A stretch of 64,000 nt of DNA from Chiloscyllium plagiosum (Eukaryota). Location of the stretch: NCBI RefSeq assembly GCF_004010195.1, contig NC_057750.1, positions 14,989,273 to 15,053,272 on the forward strand. The letters run 5' to 3'. The position numbers and the translations under genes were made by a program. The notes beneath the pieces were generated by a model, which saw nothing but the letters and a program-made list of their open reading frames with translations, did not search any database and had not been told where the DNA came from. Position 1 is the first letter of the stretch. Every line of letters begins with the position of its first letter. Shown piece after piece: positions 12,386 to 26,762 of this stretch.

Positions 12386-13416
12386 CCTCTGCAGAACCTG
12401 GGACCTCTCGCTCTTCACCCAGAGGCTGATGACTGCATTGACTGAGGAACCCACTCTTAATGGTGACCATTGCGACTTGAGCTGGCCAACTATCCACCTG
12501 CTGGATCCCAAAATGAGCCAACCTGTTCAGTGAACGTCCAGCACAGGGTCAGATTGGAACCAGTTTGAAACTGATGGATTGGAGCCAAGTTGAGGCCAAG
12601 AGCTGGGATTGAGGCCGGCAAGGTTGGAATCTGGGAATGTCGTGCTTTGTTCCTTGCATCATCGAGATTGGCTGAAGAGCTAGCCGTTTCCACCATGTCA
12701 TGTCTTGTGTCTGTTTTTGTATCTATTCTTGTATCTATTCTCTCTCCTCTGTGCATTGATGCAAAATGGTTCTTGTGGAGTAACTATTTTCTCTTTGAAG
12801 CCAAACCACCCCCCCCTCCCAAAGAATAACAAACCTCATGACCCACTTTACAGCCTGAGTGTGGCTCCCTCCAGAGTAATATTTCCCAAATGCTGTTCAG
12901 AGTGATGCTCCCACAGTCACAATGTGGGTGGATAGGCAATGTGAGTCCATTTGCATGGAGTGACACTCAACTGTGAAGGAGTCCATGGTGTTGAGACTGA
13001 CCCCCTTTTTTTTTCCTTTATGTAGGGAGGTGGTGCTCTCTATTCTCCAGCAGCTTGACCCCTGGGATCGATTTGGTATTCCTGCCCCATGTTACTGTTG
13101 GGTGATGTGCCCCAGGAAGGGTTGAGGGGAGCTGCTGCTAATCAAGGGTCAGTGTCTCCCATTCAAACAGAGGAGTTTGTCAGCTGGACAGACTGGAGGA
13201 GAGGAAGAGGTCAATGTGAAAAATTGCACAACTCTCAGATGGGGCAAGAAATGAAGTGACAGGAGGAATCAGTGTGTAACAGCAAAGATAAGATAATGAG
13301 GTATTTGTGTGTGGATGTGATACAACGTGTGGCCTGGTTTAATCAGAATGTTTTAAGGCTTGAAGACTCCAAGGGAGATGTTGATTCAACTCCCGTGGTC
13401 TGTGGGCCAATGTGGA

Positions 13417-13580
13417 AATGATGATGGGACAGATAGAAGCCATTTGGCCCATCAAGTCCACACCAACCCTCTGAACAGCATCCCATCCCATCCTCTCCCT
13501 GTAAGCCCACATTTACCATGGCTAAGTGGAGAAGTCTTGTACCCTCTGGGCCGAATGGCTGCCATCTGTGCTGTGACCAT
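13417..13580 (-). mobile_element. HE1-type SINE fragment
   Basis: aagccatttggcccatcaagtccacaccaaccctctgaacagcatccca...accatggctaa. Confidence 0.6.
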
Positions 13581-14059
13581 TCTAGGATCCAATGGGTAGG
13601 TTGAGATTGGGTTAGACTGAAGACAGGAGCTGAGTGATGTCTGTGTGCTGGGGTGAGGTGGTTTTTGATGTCTGAGTGGCTAGGCAAGGAGAGTTGTGGG
13701 TAGGGATGTCTCAGCAGGGTGGTGTGGATTAAGGGTAACCATTTAAGGATGGGTGATTGATATAGCTCGTTATTAAATGATACTCTGCTCAGGCTGGGTT
13801 CTGCATAGCTGCGATCTTGCACAAGCTTCACAGACCAGATCCTTGTGCTGCAAAACAGTGTAATGCAGTGGGGTTGACTTCATTCTATTTCCTCTTTTGA
13901 TTTGCTGATTCATTTCAGTGTGAGTACACTCACTTACTGGTGAGGTTAAACCAATAGGATAACAGGGCAAGTGAAACGTGTCCAGTTAGCACAGGCCATC
14001 TAAAGCACCATTTGACCACAGTTAGAAGGACAAAGTCAGCAGATATGTGGTACCAACCT

Positions 14060-14960
14060 ATCACGAGTTCCCCATCACACCATCCTGCCTTGGGCATATA
14101 ACCCCCACCCCCTTCCTTCAGCGTCACTGGGTCAAAGTTGTGGGCCTTGTGGATATACCAAAACCACATGGATTTGAATGCAGCAGCTCACCACCAACTT
14201 CAAGGGCAATTAGGGATGGGGCAATAAATGTTGGCCTGTACAGCCTGTATCCAAGGGGAGATAATGTCACTGGACTAGTAACCCAATGATCCAGGTTAAT
14301 GCTGAGGATACAGGTTCAAATCCCAGCAGAATTTTCAAGTCAGGAATTGGAAATGAGTTTCCATAACAACAGTAACTGTGAAACTATTATCAATTGCCAT
14401 GAAAACTCATTGAGTCCAATTAATGGCTGTTAGAGAAGAGAATCTGCCCTCTACCTGATCTGGCCTATATCCAGGCCTATAGCAATGTGGCTGATTCAAC
14501 TGCTATTTGGAATGACTTAGCTGGCAAATTCAAAGGCAATTACAGATGAGCAACACATGCTGACCTCACCAGATCCATCCCATGAAAAAGTAAAAATCAT
14601 TCTGTGATGTAAAACCTTCCACATGCACCTTTTTACCACAGTCCATCCCCCTCAAGCAAGGAAGCACCTGCAGCTTTTATTCAATGGTAGGATGGCTAAG
14701 CCAGCATTTGGTACCCATCCCTAACTGTCCTGCGAGGCCAGTTCACTGGGCCTGGAGTCGCATGTAGGCCAGATCAGGGAAGGATGGGAAATTTTCTCCC
14801 ATAAAAGGACATCAGTGAACTAGATGAATCTTTATAGCAATTGACACTGGTTACATGGATACCATTAGGCTAACCTTTCACTCCAGACTTTCAACATCTG
14901 CCATTAGACCAAAGTTCTGGATTCCTAGTCTAGTGACATAATCACTAACACTCCACTCGT
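14060..14960. mobile_element. LINE 3' tail plus two Deu-type SINE copies in opposite orientations
   Basis: gcagctcaccaccaacttcaagggcaattagggatgggg tail; + copy about 14250-14585; - copy about 14690-14960 (cccatccctaactg...agtgacataatcacta). Confidence 0.55.
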
Positions 14961-15055
14961 GTGGAAGTTTCGCTCCAGGGAAAGTTGTTCTTTCAGGACA
15001 GGGTGGTTGAATCCTGAAATCAGAAAATGGCAGCTATTTCCTCAACAGGATGCTT

Positions 15056-15061
15056 TTTATT
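15056..15061 (-). promoter_or_regulatory. Candidate polyadenylation signal of the TMEM229B-like gene
   Basis: AATAAA on the - strand about 720 nt downstream of the stop, at the edge of unique sequence before repeats. Confidence 0.4.
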
Positions 15062-15781
15062 GTAATGACACAGCAGAAATGCACAAGTCAGATCCGGATC
15101 TGGGAACAGCCCTCAGAAAATATTTGGGCACATGCAGTTGTGTCAGGTGTTTGGGCTCCAAACATGTACACACACAGCCACCTGGCCAGTGGACAGATCT
15201 CAACCCCGACTAGCAAACTGTTCACTTTACACACACCTGAACAACGTCTGATCACTGACTCCTCCTTTTGGTAAACAGGTGAAACCGTATTGAAAGTGTG
15301 TTTGTGGACAATTACGCACTACATTGTGTGACTTGTTCACAAATACACTTATTTCCCACATCCTTTTACAATAGCAACAAGTTGAGTAGCATAAAAACAG
15401 CAGAACATGCAGGAGCTGTCTCTCGTTGGGTTGGTCTCGGATATTTCATGAACAGAAAGAAGTTGTTATAAATACTAAATCGTCCCACTCTGTGCAGCCC
15501 CAGGCAGAGCACTGTCAGTGAGGACCAAATACTTGTTAGTGGACAGTCCGTGCACTGGGAGCGAGGACATTGCAGTAACACTTTAACCAGATTATACTGC
15601 GCTAGAGTCAGAACGCAATGGAAATGGGCTTCTCCATTCCCAAAAAGGGAAAAGCACAGAAATAAACCGTTTTCTGAACTGGCTTGAGGTCCCGTTGTTG
15701 TTTGTTCCCGAGTCTGGAAATGTAAACCAGGAGATTCCCGAACTCCAGCTGCCATCGAATAGGGAAATGAAAGCGAGTGAT

Positions 15782-16342
<561 letters not shown>

Positions 16343-16412
16343 TCAAGGTTACTCCAGCTGTGTCAGAAGGTCAGCCACCACCCCCCCAGCCTAAAACCAA
16401 AAGCAAGAAGTC

Positions 16413-16617
16413 ATGATGTGGAGGTGCCAGTGTTGGACTGGGGTGTTACAAAGTTAAAAATCAGAAAACGCCAGTTTATAGTCCAACAGGTTTATTTGGA
16501 AGCACTAGCTTTCGGAGCACTGCTCCTTCATCACCTGGTGAAGTTGCAGCACTCTGTAAGCTCGTCATTCCAAATAAACCTGTCGCACTTTAAGCTGGTG
16601 TTGAGTGATTTTAACTT
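16413..16617. mobile_element. Short fold-back element, family A
   Basis: Arms aagttaaaaatca..acaggtttatttggaa and ttccaaataaacctgt..tgattttaactt; flanking direct repeat taaaaccaa. Confidence 0.8.
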
Positions 16618-17000
16618 AAAACCAAGGAGGCTCTTTCAAAAGTCAAACTCTACACCCAGAGGGTCTGGCATCCTGAACCTCCAAACTCAATCCCCCCATT
16701 CCAAAAGCAAAGGAGCCCTAACCCTAAAACACCACACCTGATACCAGAGGGGCCCATAGAATCAATCCCAAACACCCAAACTCCAAAACCAGAGGGGCTC
16801 AGACCTCAAGTTATCCCCCTTCTGAAATCCAGAGGAGCCTGTGTTTCCAAACTTACATCACCCATAGATCACATCCATAAATCAAAGAAACTGACACTGT
16901 ACCCCAAAACTAGAAGGGCCCATACCCCACCAGTGGCCAGGCCAGCATTCTGCACCCCAAATGTTGAGGATCTCACATACCAAAACCAGAGGGGCTGGCT
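16618..17000. repeat. Degenerate about 40-bp tandem repeat
   Basis: Motif aaaaccagaggggc and variants recur about 8 times at roughly 40-45 bp (or double) spacing. Confidence 0.5.
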
Positions 17001-17914
17001 CTCCTGAATCACCTGTAATTGAGAAGTCTCAGAATTCAAATTTAGTGAATAAATTAGATATTCACAAAGCCAAAACATTTAGATGAAAAGTCTGTGCAGC
17101 ATATGCGTGTCCAGGTGATCATTCTCAATTGTTTCAGTTCCCTGAATTATCTCTATCCCATCCCTTACTGTCAGCTGCTCAGGGCCTCTGTGTAACTCCT
17201 GCACTTCAGTGAGATTGTCAGTGACTTAAACAGTGGGCATGGCTATTTGTCACGATTGCCCCATCCCCAGCTGAGGACGAGGACAGTACGTGAACCAGCC
17301 TGCAGCGATAGGTCACTGGCTTTCTGGGCAGGACCTGTGGTCCTCACATCACCTGACAGGAGCCAGCTGGGAGAAGAACTCAATATCCCGCCTCAAAATA
17401 ATGAGAGGGACAAGGACAAAATGGAAGGCAAATTGAAGGGGGCGAGCCTTTGCTTTAGACGTTATCTTTCCACTTTATTCAGTCTGATGCTAGTATCACC
17501 TACCTATACAAGACTTGGAGAGGTGAGTGAATCTCATTCTGAACAATGTCAGATCCCTGAGCCCTTTCCCATTGGTGCTATTAACTCCACTGATTGCCTT
17601 TACTAGCTCCATCAGGCCTAACCCCTGCCCCCTTGGCCATATTCCCATTATACAGTTGAACTCCCAGCCATTCTTGTTCCTGCTTAAGTTAGCTCATATT
17701 GTTGACAACTCCAGTTCAACTTGAATTCTGTTGTCATTGTTAATCGCCTCAAACAAATCCACCCTCGGCCTCTCTGACTTTGCAACTGCTGCCCCCCTCC
17801 AACCTTGCTCTCATCTCCAAAGTCCGCGCCCCTCACACAGTACTGCACAAACCAAAGCCAGAAACGGCTTTGTACGTACCCACTATTCAGTCACAGCTTG
17901 AGAATTATAAGCAA

Positions 17915-18116
17915 CGTCGAGTGTGGGGTGCTGGAAAAGCACAGCAAGTCAGGCAGCATCAGAGGAGAATCAACATTTCTGGCATGAGCCCTTCATCAGG
18001 AATGAAGGGCTCATGCCCGATTCTCCTGCTCCTCGGATACTGCCCGACCAGCTGTGCTTTTGCAGCACCACACTCTCGACGCTGATCTCCAGCATCTGCA
18101 GTCCTCACTTTTTCCT
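17915..18116 (-). mobile_element. Short fold-back element, family B, with hammerhead-like core
   Basis: TSD aattataagcaa at 17903-17914 and 18117-18128; - strand CTGATGAagggctcatgccaGAAAtgTT at about 17971-17999. Confidence 0.8.
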
Positions 18117-18329
18117 AATTATAAGCAATGGCCTAACTTTGTGAGTGCATAAGGATCTGTCTATCATTTCCCCCACCTATTTCTCATTTATAAACTGCAC
18201 CTCAGTAACATCATCCCTAAAACACATCTTACCATATGGGTGTAAATGCCACTCAGCTCCACCTCACTATAATCTCAGACCCTTGATTCTCTCTAGTAAT
18301 GGATAAGCAGAAATTACATCAGCTAAATA

Positions 18330-18642
18330 GGTGGCACAGTGGTAAGCACTGCTGCCTCACAGCTCCAGGGACTAGAGTTCGATTCCCACCTCAGGCAACT
18401 GTGTGGAATTTGTACATACTCCCCGTGTCTGCGTGAGTTTGCTCTGGGTGCTCCGGTTTCTTCCCACAGTCCAACGATGTGCAGGTCAGATGAGTTGGCC
18501 ATGCTAAATTGCCCATAGTGTTAGGTGGATTAGTCAGGGGTAAATGTTGGGGAATGGGTCTGGGTGGGTTGCTGTTTGGAGGATTGGTGTGGACTTGTTG
18601 GGCTGAAGGGCCTGTCCCCACACTGTAGGGAATCTAATCTAA
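18330..18642 (+). mobile_element. HE1-type SINE
   Basis: ggtggcacagtggtaagcactgctgcctcacagc...cacactgtagggaatctaatcta. Confidence 0.9.
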
Positions 18643-19082
18643 ATACAGGGAGGATGGAAAGCATTGCCTTTGGTCACTGCCACTGTCTAAAGCTGAACCA
18701 CGCTGTTGGCAAGACTGGCATCCTATTTGATCCCGTGACAAGCTTCCACCCACACATTTCCTCCCTCTCAGAACTTCTATATTTGTCTCCAATGCTGCTG
18801 AAATGCTCAAGTCATGTGTTTGTGATCTCCAAATTCAATCTTTCTGAAACATTATGGGTTACCCTGCAAGCTGAACATCTGCAAATTCATTCTGCTATCA
18901 CCGCCTGTGCTTTCTCACCTACACTGGCATCTGATCCAGCAACACCACAATGTTCAAGTTCTCATCACCCTCTAACCTCCCAACATCTGTAACCTTCTCT
19001 GGTTTGACCACATTCCTGCGTTCCCCAAACCCAGGCCTCTTCCACATAAATACATACTTTAGTTCTGTCTTCACAAAGGAAG

Positions 19083-19287
19083 TGTCGAAAGTGTGGTGCT
19101 GGAAAAGCACAGCAGGTCAGACAGCATCCGAGGAGCAGGAAAATCGGCATTTCGGGCAAAGGCCCTTCAGCAGGCTTATGTCTGAAACGTCGATTTTCCT
19201 GCTCCTCTGATGCTGCTTGACCTGCTGTGCTTTTCCAGCACCACTCTCTCCACTCTAATCTCCAGTAGCTGCAGTCCTCACTTTTGC
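19083..19287 (-). mobile_element. Short fold-back element, family B
   Basis: Inverted arms gtggtgctggaaaagcacagcagg / cctgctgtgcttttccagcaccac; TSD cttcacaaaggaag at 19069-19082 and 19288-19301. Confidence 0.85.
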
Positions 19288-19329
19288 CTTCACAAAGGAA
19301 GACACAAACCATACCCCAAAAAGATTGGG

Positions 19330-20890
19330 TAACTCATGTTCTAAAGGGAAAGGTGAATTAAAAGAAATCATTATTAGTAGGGAAATGGTATTAGAGAAAT
19401 TAATGGGATTAAAGACCTTATAACTTTCATCCCAAAGTACTTCAGAAAGCGGCCCTAGAAATAGCAGATGCACTAATGGTCATCTTCCAAAGTTCTATAG
19501 ATTCTCGAACAGTTCCTATGAATTGGACAGTAGCTATGAAATTCCAATATTTAAGAAGGGAGACAGAGTGAAAACAGCAAATTATAGACCAGTTAGATTG
19601 ACATTGGTAGTGGGGAAAATGCTCACGGCCATTTTAAAAGATGTAATAGCAGACTGTTTGGAAGGGTAAGTCCTGCTTGATAAATCTGTTGGAACATTTT
19701 GAGGATGTAACTAATTGGGTAGATAATGGGAGCCAGTAGGTGAGGTTTACTTGGACGTTCAGAAGGCTTTCAATAAGGTCCTACATAAAGAATAGCATGT
19801 AAAATGTAAGTGTACTGAGATGGATAGAGAATTGTTTGGCAGACAGAAAATAAACTGTTAGAATAAACCAGTCTTTCTCAGAGTGGCAGGTAGTGACTAG
19901 CAGGGTACCTCAGGCAGCAATGCTTGGACCCCAGCTATTCACAATATACATTCAGGATTTAGACTAGGAAAGTACATGTCACATTTTCAAATCTGCAAAT
20001 GACACAAAGCTTTATGGGAGGATTGGTATGAAGAGAATACAGAGAAGTTTCAGTGAGATTTGCACAAGAAAGTGGGCAAAATATATGGCAGATGAAGTAA
20101 AAGGCAGGCAAAGATGAAGTTATCCACTTTGGTAGCAAAACCAGACAGGTAGACTATTATGTGAATGGGGATAGAGTGGGGCAGTAGGAGGTGCCACAAG
20201 ACCTCTGTGTCCTTATTATACCTGTCACTGAAAGTAAGAATACAGCTGCAGCAGGCGCTGAAGAGATGTCTTCATAGCGAGAGGATTTGAGGACAGGAGC
20301 AGGGATGTTTTGCTGCAACTATAGAGGGCATTTGTAAGAGTGCACCATAAGTACTGTGTGCAGTTTTGGTCTCCTTATCAGAGGAAGGATGCTTTGGCTA
20401 TTGAGGAAGTGCAAAGAAGGTTTGCCGGACTGACTCCTGGGATGTCTGCAGGAGAGACTGGATCCGTTAGCACTACATTCACTGGAATTCAGAAGAATGA
20501 AAGGGATCACACAGAAATCTATAAAATTTAAACAGGATTAGACAGGGTAGATCCAGGAAGATGTTCCTGATGACTGTGAAGTCAAGATCAGGGGCCACTC
20601 TTTCAGAATAATGGTAGGCCTTTTAGGACAGAGATGAGGAGAAATTTCTTCATCCAGAGAATGGGGAGTTTGTGGAATGCTCTGCCACAGAAAACTGCCG
20701 AGGCCAAATCATTGAAGATTTTCAAGAACGATGTAGATATATTTCTTAAGCCTAAAGGGATCAAAGCATATGGGGAAAAAGCAGGAGCATCGTACTGTGT
20801 TGGATGATCAGCCATGATCATACTGAAAGGTGGAGCAGGCTCAAAGGGCCCAATGGCCTACTTCTGTTCCTATCTTCTATGTTTCCATGT
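19330..20890 (+). mobile_element. CR1-type LINE, ORF2 RT to 3' end, degraded
   Basis: aattatagaccagttag (NYRPV), ttcagaaggctttcaataagg, YCVQFWSPYQRKD..EEVQRRF, CR1 tail. Confidence 0.85.
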
Positions 20891-21544
20891 GTACACATTC
20901 CAGAGTACTCCATCAATGCCAGCAGTGCTTTCAGCTGCCTGCGTCCTCAGTGGGGCAATTCCTTCTCTAGATGTCTCCATCTCTCTCTCTCTCATTCCCT
21001 CCATTTTAATAATTTAATCAGGCTTTGACTACCAATCCTGTAGCTTGACAGGACATTCTGTTTGAGAGTGCTCCTGGAAGGTATTTCATTAGTTTGAAGG
21101 TGTATTTTAATTGGAAGGTCTGACTATGATGCTGTCAGTACCCAGGTATGTCGAGAATGCTGTGTTATCTCTTGCCATTAGTGGGACAAGGGGTCTTGTG
21201 GAAAAAACTGGGTCACACCAATGTCTCTCAGGGTTCAAGTCCCATTCCAGTACTGGACGGCCAAGGAATGTGTGTTCATATTGGATGATTATTTAAATGT
21301 GCATAGTTATGGGGGAAAGGAGGTTGGCAGTAGACAGTGGTGCTCCTTTGAAGAGTGCACATACAATGGGCCCAATGGCTTTGTTCTGTGTCGTAACACT
21401 TCTGAGATAATGCAAGCAAACACTTTCAGTATCAATCAGCTAATGAGGATAGGAATATCAGGGCTTCTCCCATCACGTTCCATCGCTCCAGATTATAGCA
21501 TGGAAGGAAAGATCTATATGGCCACAACATGAACTCAACTTTAA

Positions 21545-21968
21545 AAAATGAGGAACGTTTGAGGACTTTAAGTCCATACTCAATGGAGTTTAGAATGATG
21601 AGGGGAAGATCTAATTGAAACTTACAGAATACTGTATGGCCTGGACAGAGTGGATGTTGGGAAGATGGTTCCATTGGTAGGAGAGACTAGGACCCAAGAG
21701 CACAGCCTTCGAGTAAAGGGAAGACCTTTTAGAATGACGTAAGGAGAAACCTTTTCAGCTAAAGAGTGGTGAATCTATGGAAGTCATTGCTACAAAAGGC
21801 TGTGGAGGCCAGGTCATTGAGTATATTTCGGATTGAGATAAATAAGTTCTTGAATACCAAGGTGATCAAGAGTTACGGGGAAAAAGCATGAGAAATGGGT
21901 TGAGAAACTTATCAGCCTCGAGGGGCCGAATGGCCTAATCTCTGCTCTTACGTTTTATGGTCTTATGA
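21545..21968 (+). mobile_element. CR1-type LINE 3' end
   Basis: ggagtttagaatgatgagggg..agagtggtgaatctatgg..gggccgaatggcctaa..ttatggtcttatg. Confidence 0.8.
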
Positions 21969-22194
21969 TCTAACTCACGTCGTGTGGGGCACAGTGTGTG
22001 GATAAGCTTGGTGCCAACAGCATGGGGTTCCATTTCCATTCAGGTTTGTGGATTCCAGACCTGCCATCTTGCCCCACCATGATGGAGATCATGGGTCAGA
22101 CCTGTCTTTCGCAGGGTACTCCAGATAAGAGGGGCAAGCTTGCAGATTGTCAGGTGTTTGTCAACTGAAGACCTGAAGTCTAAGGTAACTGTGC

Positions 22195-22745
22195 ACAGTT
22201 TCTGTGTCCTGTTTTGGCCTACTTACTTGAGAAAGGATGTACTGGCACTGGCGCAGGTGCAGAGGAGGTTCACTAGGTTAATTCCGGAGTTGAGAGGATT
22301 GGCGTATGAGGAGAAATTGAGTAGACTGGGAATATACTCATCGGAATTTAGAAGAATATGGCAGAGATGTCAGAGAAACATATAAGAAACATTACGCAGG
22401 GAATAAATAAGGTAGAAGCAGGGAAGTTGTTTCCACAGGTGGGTGAAACTAGAACTAGGGGACATAGCCTCAAAATAAGATTTAGGACTGAGTTAAGGAG
22501 GAACTTCTTCACCCAAAGGATTGTGAATCAGTGGAATTCTGTGCCCAGTGAAGTAGTTAAGGCTACCTCATTGAATGTTTTTAAGGCAATGATAGATAGA
22601 TTTCGAACAGTAAAGGAATTAAGATTTATAGTGAGCAGGCGGGTAAGTGGCACCACGTCCACAAACAGATCAGCAATGATTTTATTGAATGGCGGACAGA
22701 CTCAAGGGACCAGATGGTCTACTCCTGCTCCTATTTCTTATATAA
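22195..22745 (+). mobile_element. CR1-type LINE 3' end
   Basis: FWPTYLRKDVLALAQVQRRFTRLIP, TRTRGHSLKI..RRNFFTQRIVNQWNSVP. Confidence 0.85.
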
Positions 22746-22991
22746 CCTGTACAACATAATTATTTATCTCCTTTATTTATACTCTGAAATGTGACAATCA
22801 TGATATTGAAGGAGTTTTCATATTTCCCATCCTCCTGAAGCGGAGCCCATGGAAGTCAGCAGTGAAGGTAACCTTCAGTTGATACAGTAAACATTTACAG
22901 GCTAAGGGGAGAATAGCATCAGGTGCCCAAGTAGGATTTAATCCTCACTTTAAAATCAGTCTTATTTTTCCTTTATTTTTCTAAACTAAAT

Positions 22992-24953
22992 CTTTGGCGA
23001 GTTTTGAGAAGATATGTAGCTCAGGTTCAGGTTCTGGTTGTAGATTTGCACGCTGAGCTGGAAGGTTCACTTTCGCCACCATATTAGGTAACATCTTCAG
23101 TGAGCCTCCAGATGAAGCACTGCTGGTGTTTCCTACTTTCTATGTTTGGATTTCCTTGAGTTGGTGATGTAATTTCCTGTGGTGGCATCACTTCCTATGG
23201 TGATTTCATTTCCTGTTCTTTTTTCTCAGGGGCTAGCAAATGGGATCCAAGTCAGTGTGTTTGTTGATAGAGTTCCAGTTGGAATGCCATGCTTCAATGA
23301 ATTCTCATGCATGCCTCTGTTTGGCTTGTCCTAGGATGGATATGTTGGCCCAGTCGAAGTGGTGTCCTTCCTTATCTGTATGTAAGGATACAAGTGAGAG
23401 AAGGTCATGTCGTTTTGTAGCTAGTTGATGTTCATGTATCCTGGTGGCTAGTTTTCTGCCTGTTTGTCCAATGCAGTGTTTGTTACAGTTCCTGCATGGT
23501 ATTTTGTAAATGACATTAGTTTTGCTTGTTGTCTGTATATGGTCTTTCAAGTTCATTAGCTGCTGTTTTAGTGTGATGGTGGGTTTGTGGGTTACCATGA
23601 TGCCAAGGAGTCCGAGTAGTCTGGCAGTCATTTCCAAGATGTCTTTGATGTAGGGAGAGTGGATTCTGGCTAGGGTTTCTGGATGCGTTTGGTCTGCTTG
23701 TTTGGGTTTGTTGCTGAGAAATTGGTGGACTGTGTTCATTGGGTACCAATTCTTTTTGAATACACTGTGTTCTGCTCTGCATAGTTCCTCTGTGCTGCAG
23801 TGTGTGGTGGCTCATTGGAATAATGTTCTAATACATCTTCGTTTGTGGATGTTGGAGTGATTGCTTCTATAGTTCAATACAGTGTTGTTTTCCTGTAGAC
23901 ACTGGTTTGAAGTTCCCCGTTGGCTGTTTGCTCTACTGTGACATCTAGGAATAGCAGTTTGTTGTTGCTTTCCACCTCTTTAGTGAACTTTATGCCAGTA
24001 AGGGTATTATTGATGGTCTTGAAGGTTTCCTCTAATTTACTTCGTTTAGTTATCACAAAAGTGTCATCTACGTAGTGGACCCAAAGTTTGGGTTGGATGG
24101 TTGGCAGAGCTGTTTGTTTGAGTCTCTGCATTACTGTCGCTGCTGTGGCGATAGACCCGACTCCACAACCGAATCACAGCCCTACTCAAAGAACTTCAGA
24201 AATCTGGAGAAATAAATAAGACCGACTCCCAAAAAATGAAACCAGATGGATCCAACTCACCACGTTTCTACGGATTACCCAAAATTCACAAATCAGGAGC
24301 CCCACCCAGACGCATAGTCTCACTACCTGGAACATCAACTTACAGATTAGCCAAACAGCTAAACCAAAGACTAAAACACTTAGTAGAAGACTCACGCCAT
24401 GCCTTCCACTCCACCCAAGAATTCCGGAAGACAAAAGACATCAAGATAAAAGAGGATGAAGTAATGGTCGCCTTTGACATAACAGCCCTGTTCACACCCA
24501 TCAACATCAACCTAGTCAAGGAAGCACTGACTACACTGTTAGAAAACCCAAAGACATATGGACCAAACACCACCAACTTCATCAGCAATGGCAGTATCAT
24601 CAAACTAGTCGACCTATGTCTTACCACCCACTTCACCTTCAACAACATAGCCAAACAGAGACATGCACGAGAATTCCCAGAAGCATGGCATTCCAACCAC
24701 AACTTTACCAACAAACACACTGACATGGATCCTATTTACCACCCCCTGAGAAAAAGAACAGGAAATGACATCACCATAGGAAATGACACCACCACAAGAA
24801 ATGACATCACCAACCCAAGGAAACCCAAACATATAAATAGAAAGCAGGAAACACCAGCAGTGCTTCATCCAGAGGCTCACTGAAGATGTTACCTAGTATG
24901 GTGACAAAACGTCTGAAAATGAACCTTCCAGCTCAGCGAGTAAACCTACATCC
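22992..24953 (-). mobile_element. Penelope-like retroelement (RT + GIY-YIG endonuclease), truncated and internally inverted
   Basis: - strand: LWVHYVDDTFV and NVIYKIPCRNCNKHCIGQTGRKLATRIHEH (GIY-YIG). + strand: PRFYGLPKIHK..RIVS..FDITALFT. Terminal inverted copies of the 3' end; TSD aaactaaat at 22983-22991 and 24954-24962. Confidence 0.9.
24877..24916 (+). ncRNA. Degenerate minimal type I hammerhead ribozyme motif in the Penelope-like terminal repeat
   Basis: tca-CTGAAGA-t-gttacc-tagtat-ggtgac-AAAA(for GAAA)-cg-TC-tga; the opposite-end copy (about 23071-23103, - strand) keeps GAAA but has lost the cleavage segment. Confidence 0.6.
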
Positions 24954-26762
24954 AAACTAAATTATTAATATCTGAAAAGCAAACTTATGACAGTTTAAGA
25001 AGCAGAAGTGGAGTCATCCTTTCCTTGCTGGATAGGCTTATAGGGAGGTGATTTGATGCCACCAGCAAGTAAAAGGCAGCTTTACAATGAGATTTACATA
25101 GGCAGTAAATGTAAATTTAGACAATGCATACAGAGTAAGATTTGTCAAAACCATACACAGAAAAGATACTTACAGGGAAATTTTAAAATCAGATTTTTAA
25201 AAATTTACCTTTTTCCTTTTGCGATCAAGATTCAACTCCATTGTGGCCACTGACTGACAAGGTGTTCGTTAACTGGGGAGGGGGATACAAGACACAGAGG
25301 CTTAGACCGTTCATCTACAGGAACTGGGTCAAAACAAAGATAGTAAAACAGACTTGAAATTGTAGACAGCCTTTCATAACTTTACAACTTTTCAAAGAAC
25401 TTTAAAGTCAAAAAGTGACAGGAATTATGTCACACTAAGGATGGAATTCCATGTAGGTGACTGGGGGTTCACCCACAGGAAGAGTTCTCAGTCACCAATG
25501 TTCAGGAAGGCCCATTGAATAGGCAGCAGTGGTGTGCTTTTCATCAAGTTAATATAAAGAACTGCAGAGCCAGAAAGCAGAGAGTTCTTCTGAAGAAGGA
25601 TCACTGGTTCCTTCTTTCTCACGCTGCTTTCTCACGACAGATGCTGCTGGACCTGCTGAGTTTCACCAGCAATTTCTGTTTTTTGTTGTAGCAATTGGAC
25701 TTTTTCCAGGACCAAGGATGAGCACAGGCTTCGCTGTCGCAGACTTAATTGGGGTGGAAGCAGAAAGGTCGTGGAGTGCTCACCTGCCACCCCCACCAAA
25801 TTGAAAGCCCTCTCTTCCTCCAAACCCACCAGTACAGAGGGCAAAACTCCACCTAATGATCTTCCCCACACTATGACACACTCCCTAACTTTTCAGAAGT
25901 TAAATGCAAACTATAAGACAGAATACTTTTGATAAAATATAGAAACAAGTAGAATAATGTTTTCTAGTGCAATATGTTTATTCCTTAATGAACTGATAAG
26001 TTACACAACTATGTTCCTCTATTGCAGCATGAACACAAAGGTTTAGCTGCCCCTGTAATCACATTTCCATTAATAAGACACTCAGTACCTCCACCTTACC
26101 ATTTTAACTCGATGTTTTTACAATTATGTAGCTCTTCTATGTGGTCTTTATCACGCTTCACTGATGCTCTGTAACTACAAAGCTGAAAAAATATACTTTT
26201 GTATTAGGAGCTTCACATCAATCCGTATCCAACAACCTACTCTGAAAACGCTGCTCAAAATTTAACAGTTATAACAATTTCCATCATCTGAGACAATTCA
26301 CAACAGAGCCACAAACAAAATTAGCATCTTGACTGGGGCGCACTGAGGGAGCTTTGACTACAATATGGTCTCTTTAGCCGAAAGCCGACCAACCACCTGT
26401 AATATTCCACTCGAACTACACACCATCCCGACATGGAACTGTATTGCCACTCCTTCACTATAGTTAGTCGAAAACTGAGAATTCCCTCCCTAATGAACTG
26501 TGCTGTACCTACACCACATGCATTGCGGCAGCTCAAGACGATTGGAAGGGCAACTTCAGATGAGAGACAGATGCTGGCCCAATCAGCAATGCTCACTCCT
26601 CAGAAAAGGCCCTCAACTCTTTCTATATCACTGCACCAACTGACGCAACTCTCCCCCAGTGCTAAGGTTGTGAAAACGTCCACGGTTTCCCACAGGCTCA
26701 AAACTGATGTACTATGCAAAGAGTGTGACGTAGCTTTGATGGCAGTTTACTCAGGGATTCAC

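Noticed and set aside
24236..24883. 215-aa ORF as an intact protein
   Set aside because: Chimeric reading across the junction between the inverted RT piece and the terminal repeat of a dead Penelope-like element.
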